Shown here piece after piece: positions 48,167 to 57,117 of a stretch of 64,000 nucleotides of DNA. This DNA is from an uncultured Eubacteriales bacterium (GTDB lineage Bacteria; Bacillota; Clostridia; Oscillospirales; CAG-272), in assembly GCA_934447715.1 (NCBI GenBank), contig CAKSER010000002.1:18083-82082 (forward strand), written 5' to 3'. The notes below the pieces were generated by a model. It saw nothing but the letters and a program-made list of their open reading frames with translations, was not told the origin of the DNA and searched no databases. Within the stretch, counting starts at the first letter, position 1; every line of letters starts with the position of its first letter. The position numbers and the translations under genes are program-made.

Positions 48167-48916
48167 ATAGCCGGCAAAAACAACTCAAAGGAAAATCCGA
48201 TAAACGGCGATATTCTCGCTCTTCCGGGATTTTCACAGTCCAAAACAATCCGCGTTATCGGTGCGGACGGAGAGCAGCTCGGTCTGCTCCAGTATTCTCA
48301 GGCACAGCACAAGGCAGATTCCGAGGGATATGATCTTGTTATGATGTCCCAGCAGGCAGATCCGCCTGTATGCCGAATCATGGACTACGGCAAGTTCCGT
48401 TTTGAACGCGACAAGAAGGAAAAGGAATCGAAGAAGCGTCAGCAGATTATCGACATCAAGGAAATTCAGCTTTCCTGCCACATCGACGTCAACGATTTCA
48501 ACACAAAGGTCAATCACGCAATCCGTTTCCTTAAGAACGGCGACAAGGTCAAGCTTCGCGTCCAGTTCAGAGGAAGACAGATGACACGTCTCGAGGTCGG
48601 TCACGAGCTCGTTGCAAAATTTGCAAAGGCGTGCGAGGAATACGGCAGCATCGAAAAAGCAGCGGCAATGGAAGGGCGCAACATGATCGTGTTCATTTCA
48701 CCGCTCAAGCTTTCCGGAAAAGGCAAAACCGGCGGCAGCAAAGGTGCAGGCGACAAGGGCGCAGGCGACAAGGCAGTTGAGGGCAAGGCGGAAGGCAGCA
48801 AGACGGCAGAGGGCAAGGCAGCAGGAGACAAGACAGCAGCAGGCAAGGCATCGGCAGGCAGCAATGCAGCAGACGCAAAAGCTCCGGCAGAAAGCAAAGC
48901 CCCGAAGGCTGAATAA
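48167..48916 (+). CDS. infC: Translation initiation factor IF-3 with a probable non-AUG (ATA) start and a 68 aa Lys/Ala/Gly-rich tail
   Basis: The IF-3 core reads IRVIGADGEQLG...DLVMMSQQADPPVCRIMDYGKFRFE...IKEIQLSCHIDVNDFNTK...RFLKNGDKVKLRVQFRGRQM. No in-frame ATG lies near the N-terminus. GGAGG at 48153-48157 is followed 9 nt later by an in-frame ATA at 48167. The ORF track's TTG at 48023 would add about 48 non-IF3 residues. Confidence 0.85.
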   Translation: MAGKNNSKENPINGDILALPGFSQSKTIRVIGADGEQLGLLQYSQAQHKADSEGYDLVMMSQQADPPVCRIMDYGKFRFERDKKEKESKKRQQIIDIKEIQLSCHIDVNDFNTKVNHAIRFLKNGDKVKLRVQFRGRQMTRLEVGHELVAKFAKACEEYGSIEKAAAMEGRNMIVFISPLKLSGKGKTGGSKGAGDKGAGDKAVEGKAEGSKTAEGKAAGDKTAAGKASAGSNAADAKAPAESKAPKAE

Positions 48917-48985
48917 CAGTCCGCTTAACCAAGTAAGGCACAGCCAAACAAAAGGGCTGCAAAACAAGCAGCAGACAAAAAGCAT

Positions 48986-49031
48986 CTTGAAAATGCATTT
49001 TCAAGCAAAACGGCATTTTCAAAGCAAACGG
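48986..49031. repeat. Perfect 20 bp palindrome overlapping a tandem 19 nt direct repeat
   Basis: cttgaaaatgcattttcaag at 48986-49005 is a perfect palindrome. gcattttcaagcaaaacgg (48995-49013) is followed by gcattttcaaagcaaacgg (49013-49031). Confidence 0.85.
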
Positions 49032-49168
49032 ACCCGAAAAGCAAAGGATCCGAAAAACATCAGAGAACTGCCCGTTCGGGTGTTCATATATATCGGGAAC
49101 TCCTACGGCGACAGGATGACCGATCAACCAAAATATAAATAATAAGTCGTCGGAAAGCAGGTAAAAAA

Positions 49169-49366
49169 ATGGGTAAGATCAAGACACATAGTGCCACAGC
49201 CAAGAGATTTACACTCACAAAAAGCGGCAGAGTAAAACTGAACCATACAAATCGCCGTCATAAGCTCGGTCTCAAGACAGCTAAGCGCAAGAGACAGCTC
49301 AGAAGATCCGGATATCTCAGCGAATCCATGGCTCCGACAGTAAGAACATTACTGCCCCGCAAATAA
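49169..49366 (+). CDS. rpmI: 50S ribosomal protein L35
   Basis: 65 aa starting MGKIKTHSATAKRFTLTKSGRVK. Confidence 0.93.
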   Translation: MGKIKTHSATAKRFTLTKSGRVKLNHTNRRHKLGLKTAKRKRQLRRSGYLSESMAPTVRTLLPRK

Positions 49367-49399
49367 TTAAGAAAGAATCGATTTTAGGAGGATATTGAA

Positions 49400-49759
49400 A
49401 TGGCCAGAGTTAAAGGCGCTATGATGACTCGCAAGAGAAGAAATAAAATGTTAAAGCTCGCCAAGGGTTACTGGGGAGCCAAGAGCAAGCACTTCAAGAT
49501 GGCAAAAGAAGCCGTAATGAAGAGCGGCAACTACGCGTTCATCGGACGTAAGCAGAAGAAGAGAGATTTCAGAGCTCTCTGGATCACAAGAATTTCCGCA
49601 CAGGCTAAGGTTTGCGGAATCAACTATTCAACACTTATGCACGGTCTTAAGGTTGCCGGCATCGATCTTAACAGAAAGATGCTCGCAGAGATGGCTGTTT
49701 CCGACAAGGAAGCATTTGCAGCAATCGTTGAGCAGGCTAAGGCAGCTTTAAACAAGTAA
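49400..49759 (+). CDS. rplT: 50S ribosomal protein L20
   Basis: 119 aa starting [29 protein letters not shown]. Confidence 0.95.
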   Translation: MARVKGAMMTRKRRNKMLKLAKGYWGAKSKHFKMAKEAVMKSGNYAFIGRKQKKRDFRALWITRISAQAKVCGINYSTLMHGLKVAGIDLNRKMLAEMAVSDKEAFAAIVEQAKAALNK

Positions 49760-49768
49760 TTTAAAAAA

Positions 49769-49804
49769 GGGAATGTTGCGCACGCGCGTATGCATTCCCT
49801 TTTG
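49769..49804 (+). terminator. Terminator after rplT
   Basis: gggaatg (49769-49775) pairs with cattccc (49793-49799) and is followed by TTTT. Confidence 0.7.
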
Positions 49805-50081
49805 CGTTCGTCAGGCGGTGCATTCACCAGGCTGCACCGGCGGCGGAGGGTGAAGCGGCGGCGGTGAGCCTGCAAGCGTGCAGATAGTGCAATTGGCACA
49901 GAGACACGGGCAGCAGGGTGGTACGGCAGCATGTGCAGCAGGTCAACGTGGGCGGCGCAGACGGTGTGGGCAGCACCGGTAGGTTCGGCGGCATGGAACG
50001 GCACGGACAGCACCAAAAGCACAGCCTAAGCCGCACGAACGGTGTGAGCAGCGCAGAAACAGCAACGGAGGAATCGGATCA

Positions 50082-50870
50082 ATGATAACAAGCAGAGCGA
50101 ATCCGCTTATTGTAAAAACGGCGGCGCTCAAGGAAAAGAAGTACCGCGACAGCTCCTCCCTTTTTATTTTCGAGGGAGAAAAGCTTTTTTCGGAGGCAGT
50201 CGGTGCCGGCATTGAAATCGAAAATGTATTCTTTACAGAAAGCGAGGAGAGCTTCGTCTCCTCTGTTTTTTTCGACGAAACCAAGAAAAATGTCGTATCC
50301 GAGGAGGTTTTAAGGAAGATATCTACCGAAAAAGCTCCGCAGGGCGTGATTTGTGTCGCAAAATATATTGACAAACTTCACAGAATAAATACAATATATA
50401 ATGTAGGAAAATGCAAAGAAAAACAAAGAAAGATCATTTTGGACTCAATCAGAGACCCCGGCAATCTCGGAACAATCATCCGAGCCTCGCTTGCCTTCGG
50501 AATCGGCGAGGTTATTTTATCAGGTGACTGTGCGGACATCTACAACGCAAAAACCGTCCGTGCCTCTATGGGAACGGTCTTCCGCCAGAAAATCACCGTC
50601 TGCACCGACCTTTGTGCATCGATTGCGGTGCTTAGAGCCTCCGGCTTTGAGGTTCTTGCCGCAATGCTTGATGATTCGGCTGCAAGGCTGAACGAAATAA
50701 GGATAACCGACAAAACCGTTTTCATAGTCGGAAACGAGGGGCACGGAATATCGGGCGAGGTTGCAGAAGCGGCAAGCGGAAGAGTCTATATTCCGATGGA
50801 AGAGGGTGCCGAATCGCTGAATGCGGCGATGGCGGCGACTGTATTCATGTGGCAGGGATTTTCACAGTAA
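50082..50870 (+). CDS. TrmH/SpoU-family RNA 2'-O-methyltransferase
   Basis: 262 aa with SpoU motifs DSIRDPGNLGTIIR, FIVGNEGHGIS and ESLNAAMA. Confidence 0.85.
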   Translation: MITSRANPLIVKTAALKEKKYRDSSSLFIFEGEKLFSEAVGAGIEIENVFFTESEESFVSSVFFDETKKNVVSEEVLRKISTEKAPQGVICVAKYIDKLHRINTIYNVGKCKEKQRKIILDSIRDPGNLGTIIRASLAFGIGEVILSGDCADIYNAKTVRASMGTVFRQKITVCTDLCASIAVLRASGFEVLAAMLDDSAARLNEIRITDKTVFIVGNEGHGISGEVAEAASGRVYIPMEEGAESLNAAMAATVFMWQGFSQ

Positions 50871-50906
50871 AGGATACAAATTTTATTACGAAACAAGGAA
50901 GTCGAA

Positions 50907-52190
50907 ATGGACAGACACAGTTTTCTCGAGCTTTTTATCTGGTTTGGCAGCTGCTTTTCTGCAGGCTCGTCAATCGCGTCGGATATTCTTTATGATTTCA
51001 AATATGACATAAAGGCAATCTATGACGCCGACGCAGAAAGATATGAGGAGATCGACGGCATTAAAGCTTCAACCGTCGACAGGCTCTGCGACAAGGATCT
51101 TACCGAGGCAAAGAAGATCCTTGCATATTGCTTGGAAAACGAAATAGGCATTTTTACGGCAGCGGATCCCGACTATCCGGTAAGCCTCAAGCGCCTTCCG
51201 GACAAACCGATTCTGCTGTACTACAAGGGCAATCCCAAAATACTCGAGGGGAATCTTTTGGTTGCGGTAGTCGGAACAAGAACGATGACCGAATACGGAA
51301 AGAGAACGGCATATTCAACCTCCTACGATCTTTCGCACGGCGGTGCCGTAATCGTAAGCGGAATGGCAAGAGGCATCGACGGAATCGCCCACAGAGGCTG
51401 TCTTGATGCCGGCGGAAGCACTATTGCCGTTATCGGATGCGGAATCGACCGGGTTTATCCGCCGGAGCACGCATCGCTTATGCGCGAAATCATCGAAAAC
51501 GGTCTGGTTTTAAGCGAATACAACCCCGGAACTCCGCCGAACGGATATAATTTTCCGAAACGGAACAGAATAATCAGCGGAATATCAAATGCGGTTCTTG
51601 TAATCGAGGCTCCGAAGGACAGCGGTGCGCTTATAACCGCAAACGATGCCGTAAAGCAGGGCAAACGCATATTTGCCATGCCGGGTAAAATCGGCGAAAT
51701 CAACAGCATGGGCACAAACGATCTGATCAAAACAGGTGCTACGATGATCACCGACGCTGCGGATATTCTTGTCGAATTTGAGGATCAATTTCCCACAAAG
51801 ATCGATCTTTCAAGGCTGCCGTCTATGAGATCAAAAACCTTCAAAAATCCGATCGAGCACAGAAAGGTGGCATCAGAGCCTCTTCCGCCGACATTTTTCG
51901 GAAGCTTCGAAAAGAAATACAAAAGCTCGGAAAAAAGCACAGGCAAAACAGAGGACAGTACATCGGGCAAAATCGATTCGGACGAGCTGCACCGCAAGGC
52001 ATCTAAGCTCACCGGAAACAACCGGAAGATTTTCGAGGCACTGGACGGCTTTACACTTTCTGCAGATCAGATCATAGAAAAAACAGGACTTACAACCTCC
52101 GCCGTAATGGCAGGGCTTACATTTCTTGAAATCATGCACCTTACAAAGGTGCTGCCCGGCGGTGTTTATACCACGGCAGACAGAAAGTGA
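50907..52190 (+). CDS. dprA: DNA-processing protein DprA
   Basis: 427 aa. The DprA Rossmann core reads VVGTRTMTEYG...GMARGIDGIAHRG...NFPKRNRIISG, and a C-terminal winged-helix-like region follows. Confidence 0.88.
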   Translation: MDRHSFLELFIWFGSCFSAGSSIASDILYDFKYDIKAIYDADAERYEEIDGIKASTVDRLCDKDLTEAKKILAYCLENEIGIFTAADPDYPVSLKRLPDKPILLYYKGNPKILEGNLLVAVVGTRTMTEYGKRTAYSTSYDLSHGGAVIVSGMARGIDGIAHRGCLDAGGSTIAVIGCGIDRVYPPEHASLMREIIENGLVLSEYNPGTPPNGYNFPKRNRIISGISNAVLVIEAPKDSGALITANDAVKQGKRIFAMPGKIGEINSMGTNDLIKTGATMITDAADILVEFEDQFPTKIDLSRLPSMRSKTFKNPIEHRKVASEPLPPTFFGSFEKKYKSSEKSTGKTEDSTSGKIDSDELHRKASKLTGNNRKIFEALDGFTLSADQIIEKTGLTTSAVMAGLTFLEIMHLTKVLPGGVYTTADRK

Positions 52191-52308
52191 CATTTTTAAA
52201 GCACAGGGCAAAGTATAATACACATAAAAGACAAAACACTGTATATATTGTAAACTGTATATACATCAATCAGTAATCAGTAAAAGGATAATTTGAAAGG
52301 AACAGTTC

Positions 52309-54570
52309 ATGGCCAATCTCGTTATACTCGAATCTCCTTACAAGGTCCCGACCGTCAAAAGCTATCTCGGCTCGGGATATAAGGTTATGGCATCAGTAGG
52401 ACACGTTCGCGATCTGCCGAAAAGCACTCTCGGAGTTGATATAGAAGGCGGATTTGCGGCTCATTATATAAACATCAGGGGAAAGGGCGACCTTATCAAG
52501 GAACTTAGAAAGGAAGCAAAAAAAGCCACAAAGGTTTTCCTTGCAACCGACCCGGACCGCGAGGGAGAGGCGATATCCTGGCATCTTGCGGTAGCTCTTG
52601 ACCTCCCCAAGGAAAAAATAAAGAGAATCACCTTCAATGAAATTACAAAGCAGGCGGTAAAGGCTGCGATCAAGACGCCGAGAGAAATCGACGAGGGTCT
52701 TGTAAACTCACAGCAGGCAAGAAGAATTCTCGACAGAATCGTCGGATACAAGATCTCGCCCTTTCTTTGGAAGACGATAAGATCAGGTCTTTCTGCAGGA
52801 AGAGTTCAGTCTGTTGCCACAAGAGCAATAGTCGAAAGAGAGCAGGAGATAAGAAGCTTTGTGCCGAAAGAATACTGGAGCATCGATGCGATAGTCATCT
52901 CCAAGAGCGGCGAGGATTTTACCGCAAAGTTCTTCGGAAATTCAAGGGGAAAGCTTGAAATTACGGACGGCGATGAGGCAAAGAAGATCACCGACGCAAT
53001 AAAGGGCAAGCCCTTCCTTGCAAAATCGGTAAAGAAGGCTGTAAGATACAAAAACCCGATGCCGCCGTTTACAACCTCCACAATGCAGCAGGAGGCATCG
53101 AAAAAGCTCAACTTTCAGTCGCAGAGGATCATGAAGGTGGCTCAGGAGCTTTACGAGGGAATCAATCTCGGATCGGCGGCAGGCGGAACGCACGGTCTTA
53201 TCACCTATATGAGAACCGACTCGCTCCGCGTGTCTGATGAAGCTCAGACAATGGCAAAGGATTATATCGTTTCCAAATTCGGCGCAAGCTACTATCCTAA
53301 ATCTCCGAGAGTTTATAAATCAAAGGGAAATTCGCAGGACGCGCATGAGGCAATCCGCCCGGTCGATCCTTCAATCGAGCCGGATTCGGTAAAAAGTCAG
53401 CTTTCGGCAGACCAGTATAAGCTATACAAGCTGATCTGGAGCAGATTCATTGCAAGCCAGATGGCATCCGAGGCTCTTGACACGGTCAATGTAAGCCTCG
53501 ACTGCGAGGGCTATGTATTCCACGCAAGCGGATCAACAGTCCGCTTCCCCGGATTTGTCACCGTATACGACAGCGAGGACGCACAGGACAAAAAATCCGG
53601 CATGATCCCGGAGATAACCGAGGGAGACGTCCTCTCACAGAAGGAAATCAAGCCGGAGCAGCACTTTACAGAGCCTCCGTCAAGATATACAGAGGCAACG
53701 CTGATCAAATTCCTTGAGGAAAACGGAATCGGCCGCCCCTCGACCTACACTCCGATAATAACCACGATCCTTTCAAGAGGCTATGTATCCCGTGACGGAA
53801 AGTCTCTTAAGCCGACCGAACTCGGAGAGGTCACAAACGACATAATGATAAACAACTTCCCGATGATTACCGACTATGCGTTCACCGCGGAGATGGAAAC
53901 AAAGCTCGACGATATTTCAAACGGAGAGACCACAATGGAGGAGGTCCTCGGCTTCTTCTACAAGGATTTCAAGGTTGAACTTGAAAAAGCGGAGGAAACG
54001 GTCGACAAGAGTTCGATCAATCTGAAAGCCGAGGAGACCGACATCATCTGCGACAAATGCGGAAGCCGGATGGTTATCAAAAACGGCAGATACGGAAAGT
54101 TTGCGGCATGTCCGAACTACCCGACCTGCAAATCCACAAAGCCGCTTGCAAAGGACGGTTCTCCGATTGTCGAGACACCTCCGGAGCACACAGGACAGAC
54201 CTGCGAGCTTTGCGGAGGCGAGATGCTGAAGAGAAAAGGAAGATACGGCGAATTTATTGCCTGCAGCAACTATCCGAAGTGCAAAAACACAAAACAGATT
54301 CTCCACGAAATCGGTGTTCCCTGCCCGAAGTGCGGCAGTGCGCTTGTAAGAAAGAACGGCAAGGGAAAAAGCAACTTCTACGGCTGCTCCGCATATCCGA
54401 AATGCGATTTTGTATCCTGGGATATGCCGACAAACGAAAAATGCCCCGAGTGTGGGGAAATGCTCTTTATCAAGAAGGGCAAAAAGCAGCTTGTTTGTCA
54501 CAACGACAAATGTAATTATAAGCAGGACATGACCGAAAGCGAAAATAAAGAAACTATCGAAAATAAGTAA
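52309..54570 (+). CDS. topA: DNA topoisomerase I
   Basis: 753 aa with the Toprim motif LATDPDREGEAISWH, the active-site region YMRTDS and multiple C-terminal Cys4 zinc ribbons (CDKCGS...CPNYPTC and others). Confidence 0.95.
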   Translation: MANLVILESPYKVPTVKSYLGSGYKVMASVGHVRDLPKSTLGVDIEGGFAAHYINIRGKGDLIKELRKEAKKATKVFLATDPDREGEAISWHLAVALDLPKEKIKRITFNEITKQAVKAAIKTPREIDEGLVNSQQARRILDRIVGYKISPFLWKTIRSGLSAGRVQSVATRAIVEREQEIRSFVPKEYWSIDAIVISKSGEDFTAKFFGNSRGKLEITDGDEAKKITDAIKGKPFLAKSVKKAVRYKNPMPPFTTSTMQQEASKKLNFQSQRIMKVAQELYEGINLGSAAGGTHGLITYMRTDSLRVSDEAQTMAKDYIVSKFGASYYPKSPRVYKSKGNSQDAHEAIRPVDPSIEPDSVKSQLSADQYKLYKLIWSRFIASQMASEALDTVNVSLDCEGYVFHASGSTVRFPGFVTVYDSEDAQDKKSGMIPEITEGDVLSQKEIKPEQHFTEPPSRYTEATLIKFLEENGIGRPSTYTPIITTILSRGYVSRDGKSLKPTELGEVTNDIMINNFPMITDYAFTAEMETKLDDISNGETTMEEVLGFFYKDFKVELEKAEETVDKSSINLKAEETDIICDKCGSRMVIKNGRYGKFAACPNYPTCKSTKPLAKDGSPIVETPPEHTGQTCELCGGEMLKRKGRYGEFIACSNYPKCKNTKQILHEIGVPCPKCGSALVRKNGKGKSNFYGCSAYPKCDFVSWDMPTNEKCPECGEMLFIKKGKKQLVCHNDKCNYKQDMTESENKETIENK

Positions 54571-54571
54571 A

Positions 54572-55906
54572 ATGGACAATATTTCAACCAAGGTAAACGT
54601 AATCGGAGCGGGGCTTGCCGGATGCGAGGCAGCGTGGCAGATTGCAAAAAGAGGAATCGGGGTAAGGCTTTATGAGATGAAGCCGAAAAAATTCACCCCG
54701 GCTCACCACTACAAGGGCTTTGCAGAGCTTGTCTGCTCCAACTCCCTTCGGTCCTCCCAGACAACAAATGCGGTAGGACTTTTAAAGGAGGAGCTGCGAC
54801 TCTTCGGATCACTCATCATGGAGGCGGCAGATGCCACTGCGGTTCCCGCAGGTGCGGCTCTTGCCGTCGACAGATACAAGTTCTCGGACTATATAACAAG
54901 CAAAATAACCGAAAATCCGTTAATAGAGGTAATTGAAGATGAGATCACCTCTCTTCCGGACGACGGCGTCACGGTAGTTGCAACCGGACCGCTCACATCG
55001 AATGCGTTTTCCTGCTATATAGGAAAGATGCTAGGAGAGGAATATCTCAACTTTTTCGACGCGGCTGCCCCGATTGTCGACGCTTCGACGATCGACATGA
55101 GCAAGGCGTTCTTCGCTTCGAGATACGGAAAGGGAGAGGCATCATATATCAACTGTCCGATGAACGAGGCAGAATACAAGGCATTCTATCGCGAGCTTGT
55201 AAACGCAAAGGAAGCGCAGCTAAAGGATTTTGACAAGGACGAGCAAAAGAACCTGAAGGTCTTTGAAGGGTGCATGCCTGTCGAGGTCATGGCAAAAAGA
55301 GGGGAGGACACCCTCCGCTTCGGGCCGTTAAAGCCTGTCGGGCTTCCCGACCCGAAAACCGGTAATGAATATTATGCGGTCCTCCAGCTAAGGCAGGAAA
55401 ACGAGCAGAAAACGATGTACAATCTTGTCGGATTTCAGACTCATCTTACCTTTGACGAGCAGAAAAGAGTCTTTTCGATGATCCCAGGGCTTGAAAACGC
55501 AAGCTTTCTGCGCTACGGCGTAATGCACAGAAACACCTACATAAATTCGCCCAAATTGCTTAACGCAGACTATTCGACAAGGACAAACGAAAAGCTGTTT
55601 TTTGCAGGACAGATGACCGGTGTCGAGGGATATATCGAATCGACCTCCTCCGGGTGGCTCGCAGGCGTAAATGCGGCAAACAGAATACAGGGCAAAGCGC
55701 CTCTTATCCTTTCGGACATCAGCGCAACAGGATCTCTTGCATGCTATGTGTCAAACCCCAATGTCGTAAACTTCCAGCCTATGAACGCAAACTTCGGGCT
55801 TATACGTCTGCTCGAGAAAAAGGTTAAGGGCGGAAAAGCCGCCAAAAATGAGGCTCTTTCCGAAAGAGCGCTTGAGTACATCCGCTCGATAAAGGACAGT
55901 ATATAA
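54572..55906 (+). CDS. trmFO: Methylenetetrahydrofolate-tRNA-(uracil-5)-methyltransferase TrmFO
   Basis: 444 aa with the FAD motif VIGAGLAGCEAAWQ. It follows topA in the usual topA-trmFO order. Confidence 0.92.
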   Translation: MDNISTKVNVIGAGLAGCEAAWQIAKRGIGVRLYEMKPKKFTPAHHYKGFAELVCSNSLRSSQTTNAVGLLKEELRLFGSLIMEAADATAVPAGAALAVDRYKFSDYITSKITENPLIEVIEDEITSLPDDGVTVVATGPLTSNAFSCYIGKMLGEEYLNFFDAAAPIVDASTIDMSKAFFASRYGKGEASYINCPMNEAEYKAFYRELVNAKEAQLKDFDKDEQKNLKVFEGCMPVEVMAKRGEDTLRFGPLKPVGLPDPKTGNEYYAVLQLRQENEQKTMYNLVGFQTHLTFDEQKRVFSMIPGLENASFLRYGVMHRNTYINSPKLLNADYSTRTNEKLFFAGQMTGVEGYIESTSSGWLAGVNAANRIQGKAPLILSDISATGSLACYVSNPNVVNFQPMNANFGLIRLLEKKVKGGKAAKNEALSERALEYIRSIKDSI

Positions 55907-56073
55907 TTGTTTCAAATCACTTTTTATTTAATTGATTTTATTTGATTTTGCCGGGCAAAGCCGCTCTCGCTTTTAAAAAATCCGGGCAATCCGCAAACCG
56001 GAAAAGCCCGAAAAACCGGAAATCGAGAGGAAAGAAAGGAAGCTTTCGCAAAACGAAAGCCATGGTCATAAAA

Positions 56074-57117
56074 ATGAAAATATTAGTTGATATTATGAGC
56101 GGCGACAACGCTCCGCTCGCCACGCTTAAGGGTGCGGCAGACTCTGCTGCCGAATACAGCAAGGAAAAATTCGTCTTTATCGGAAACGAAAGAATCATTA
56201 AGGAAACGGCAAGAAAAGAGAATATAAATATCGATCTTGACAATATTACAATAGTTCACACCGAGCAGGTCGTCACAATGGAGGACAACGCTCTGTCGGT
56301 CGTTCGTGAAAAGAAGGACTCCTCGATGGGCGTAGGCCTTAAGATGCTTGCAGAGGGCGACGGAGATGCCTTTGTATCTGCCGGAAACACCGGTGCCCTT
56401 CACGCAGGCTCCACGCTTATTGTAAGAAGAATCAAGGGCTTAAGAAAATCCGCAATCGGATCGGTCATCCCGTACGCAAATCCGACCCTGCTTATCGATT
56501 CCGGCGCAAATATCGAGATCGATCCGCAGACATACGTTCAGTTTGCCCACATGGGAACGGTATACATGAAGAAGATGTTCGGTCTTGACGATCCGAGAGT
56601 CGGTCTTCTTAATATCGGTGCAGAGGAGCACAAGGGAACAAAGAACGTAGTCGAGGCATATAAGCTTCTGAAGGCGGAAAAGAGCATCAACTTTGTCGGA
56701 AACGTCGAGGGAAAGGAAATCCCGAGCGGAGCCTGCGACATCATCGTTACCGACGGCTTTTCCGGAAACATTCTTCTGAAGCTGACAGAGGGCTGTGCTT
56801 CCTACTTTGTCGGCAAAATCAAGGATGTGTTCAACAAGTCCGCCGTCACAAAGATCTCGGGACTTATGATAAAGAACAACATGAAGCAGCTGAAAAAGGA
56901 GCTTAACGCATCCGAATACGGCGGTGCGCCGCTTCTCGGTCTTTCAAAGACGGTAATCAAGGCCCACGGAAGCTCTGATGCATATGCAATCAAGAACGCG
57001 ATAAAGCAGGCGATCAAGTGTGCATCAAGCGGAGTTGTAGTGGACATTGCAAAGCGCCTTGTTCCCGAGCTTTCTTCAAAGGAGCAGACATCTTCTGAAA
57101 AGGACGGTACATTATGA
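56074..57117 (+). CDS. plsX: Phosphate acyltransferase PlsX
   Basis: I moved the start to the ATG at 56074 (MKILVDIMSGDNAP), the canonical PlsX N-terminus. The ORF track TTG at 55942 adds 44 Lys/Arg-rich residues that look non-coding. Confidence 0.9.
   Translation: MKILVDIMSGDNAPLATLKGAADSAAEYSKEKFVFIGNERIIKETARKENINIDLDNITIVHTEQVVTMEDNALSVVREKKDSSMGVGLKMLAEGDGDAFVSAGNTGALHAGSTLIVRRIKGLRKSAIGSVIPYANPTLLIDSGANIEIDPQTYVQFAHMGTVYMKKMFGLDDPRVGLLNIGAEEHKGTKNVVEAYKLLKAEKSINFVGNVEGKEIPSGACDIIVTDGFSGNILLKLTEGCASYFVGKIKDVFNKSAVTKISGLMIKNNMKQLKKELNASEYGGAPLLGLSKTVIKAHGSSDAYAIKNAIKQAIKCASSGVVVDIAKRLVPELSSKEQTSSEKDGTL

Noticed and set aside
48744-49142. 132 aa plus-strand ORF overlapping the IF-3 tail in another frame
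   Set aside because: Its Arg/Gln-rich low-complexity sequence is produced by the same GCAGCA/GGCAAG repeats, and it has no SD. It is spurious.
49824-50036. 70 aa Cys/Pro/Thr-rich minus-strand ORF (CCPC, CCTCC) inside the G-rich spacer
   Set aside because: The Cys richness simply mirrors the reverse complement (TGCTG) of the repeated CAGCA on the plus strand. The start is a GTG with no SD. I report the region as a compositional anomaly, not as a peptide gene.
49993-50085. 30 codon plus-strand ORF ending in an ATGA overlap with the trmH-family start
   Set aside because: It has no SD and no recognisable sequence. It lies in the repeat-biased spacer, and the evidence is too weak to call an upstream ORF.
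55942-56073. 44 aa N-terminal extension of PlsX
   Set aside because: It has a TTG start and Lys/Arg-rich non-homologous sequence. The canonical PlsX N-terminus MKILVD begins at 56074.
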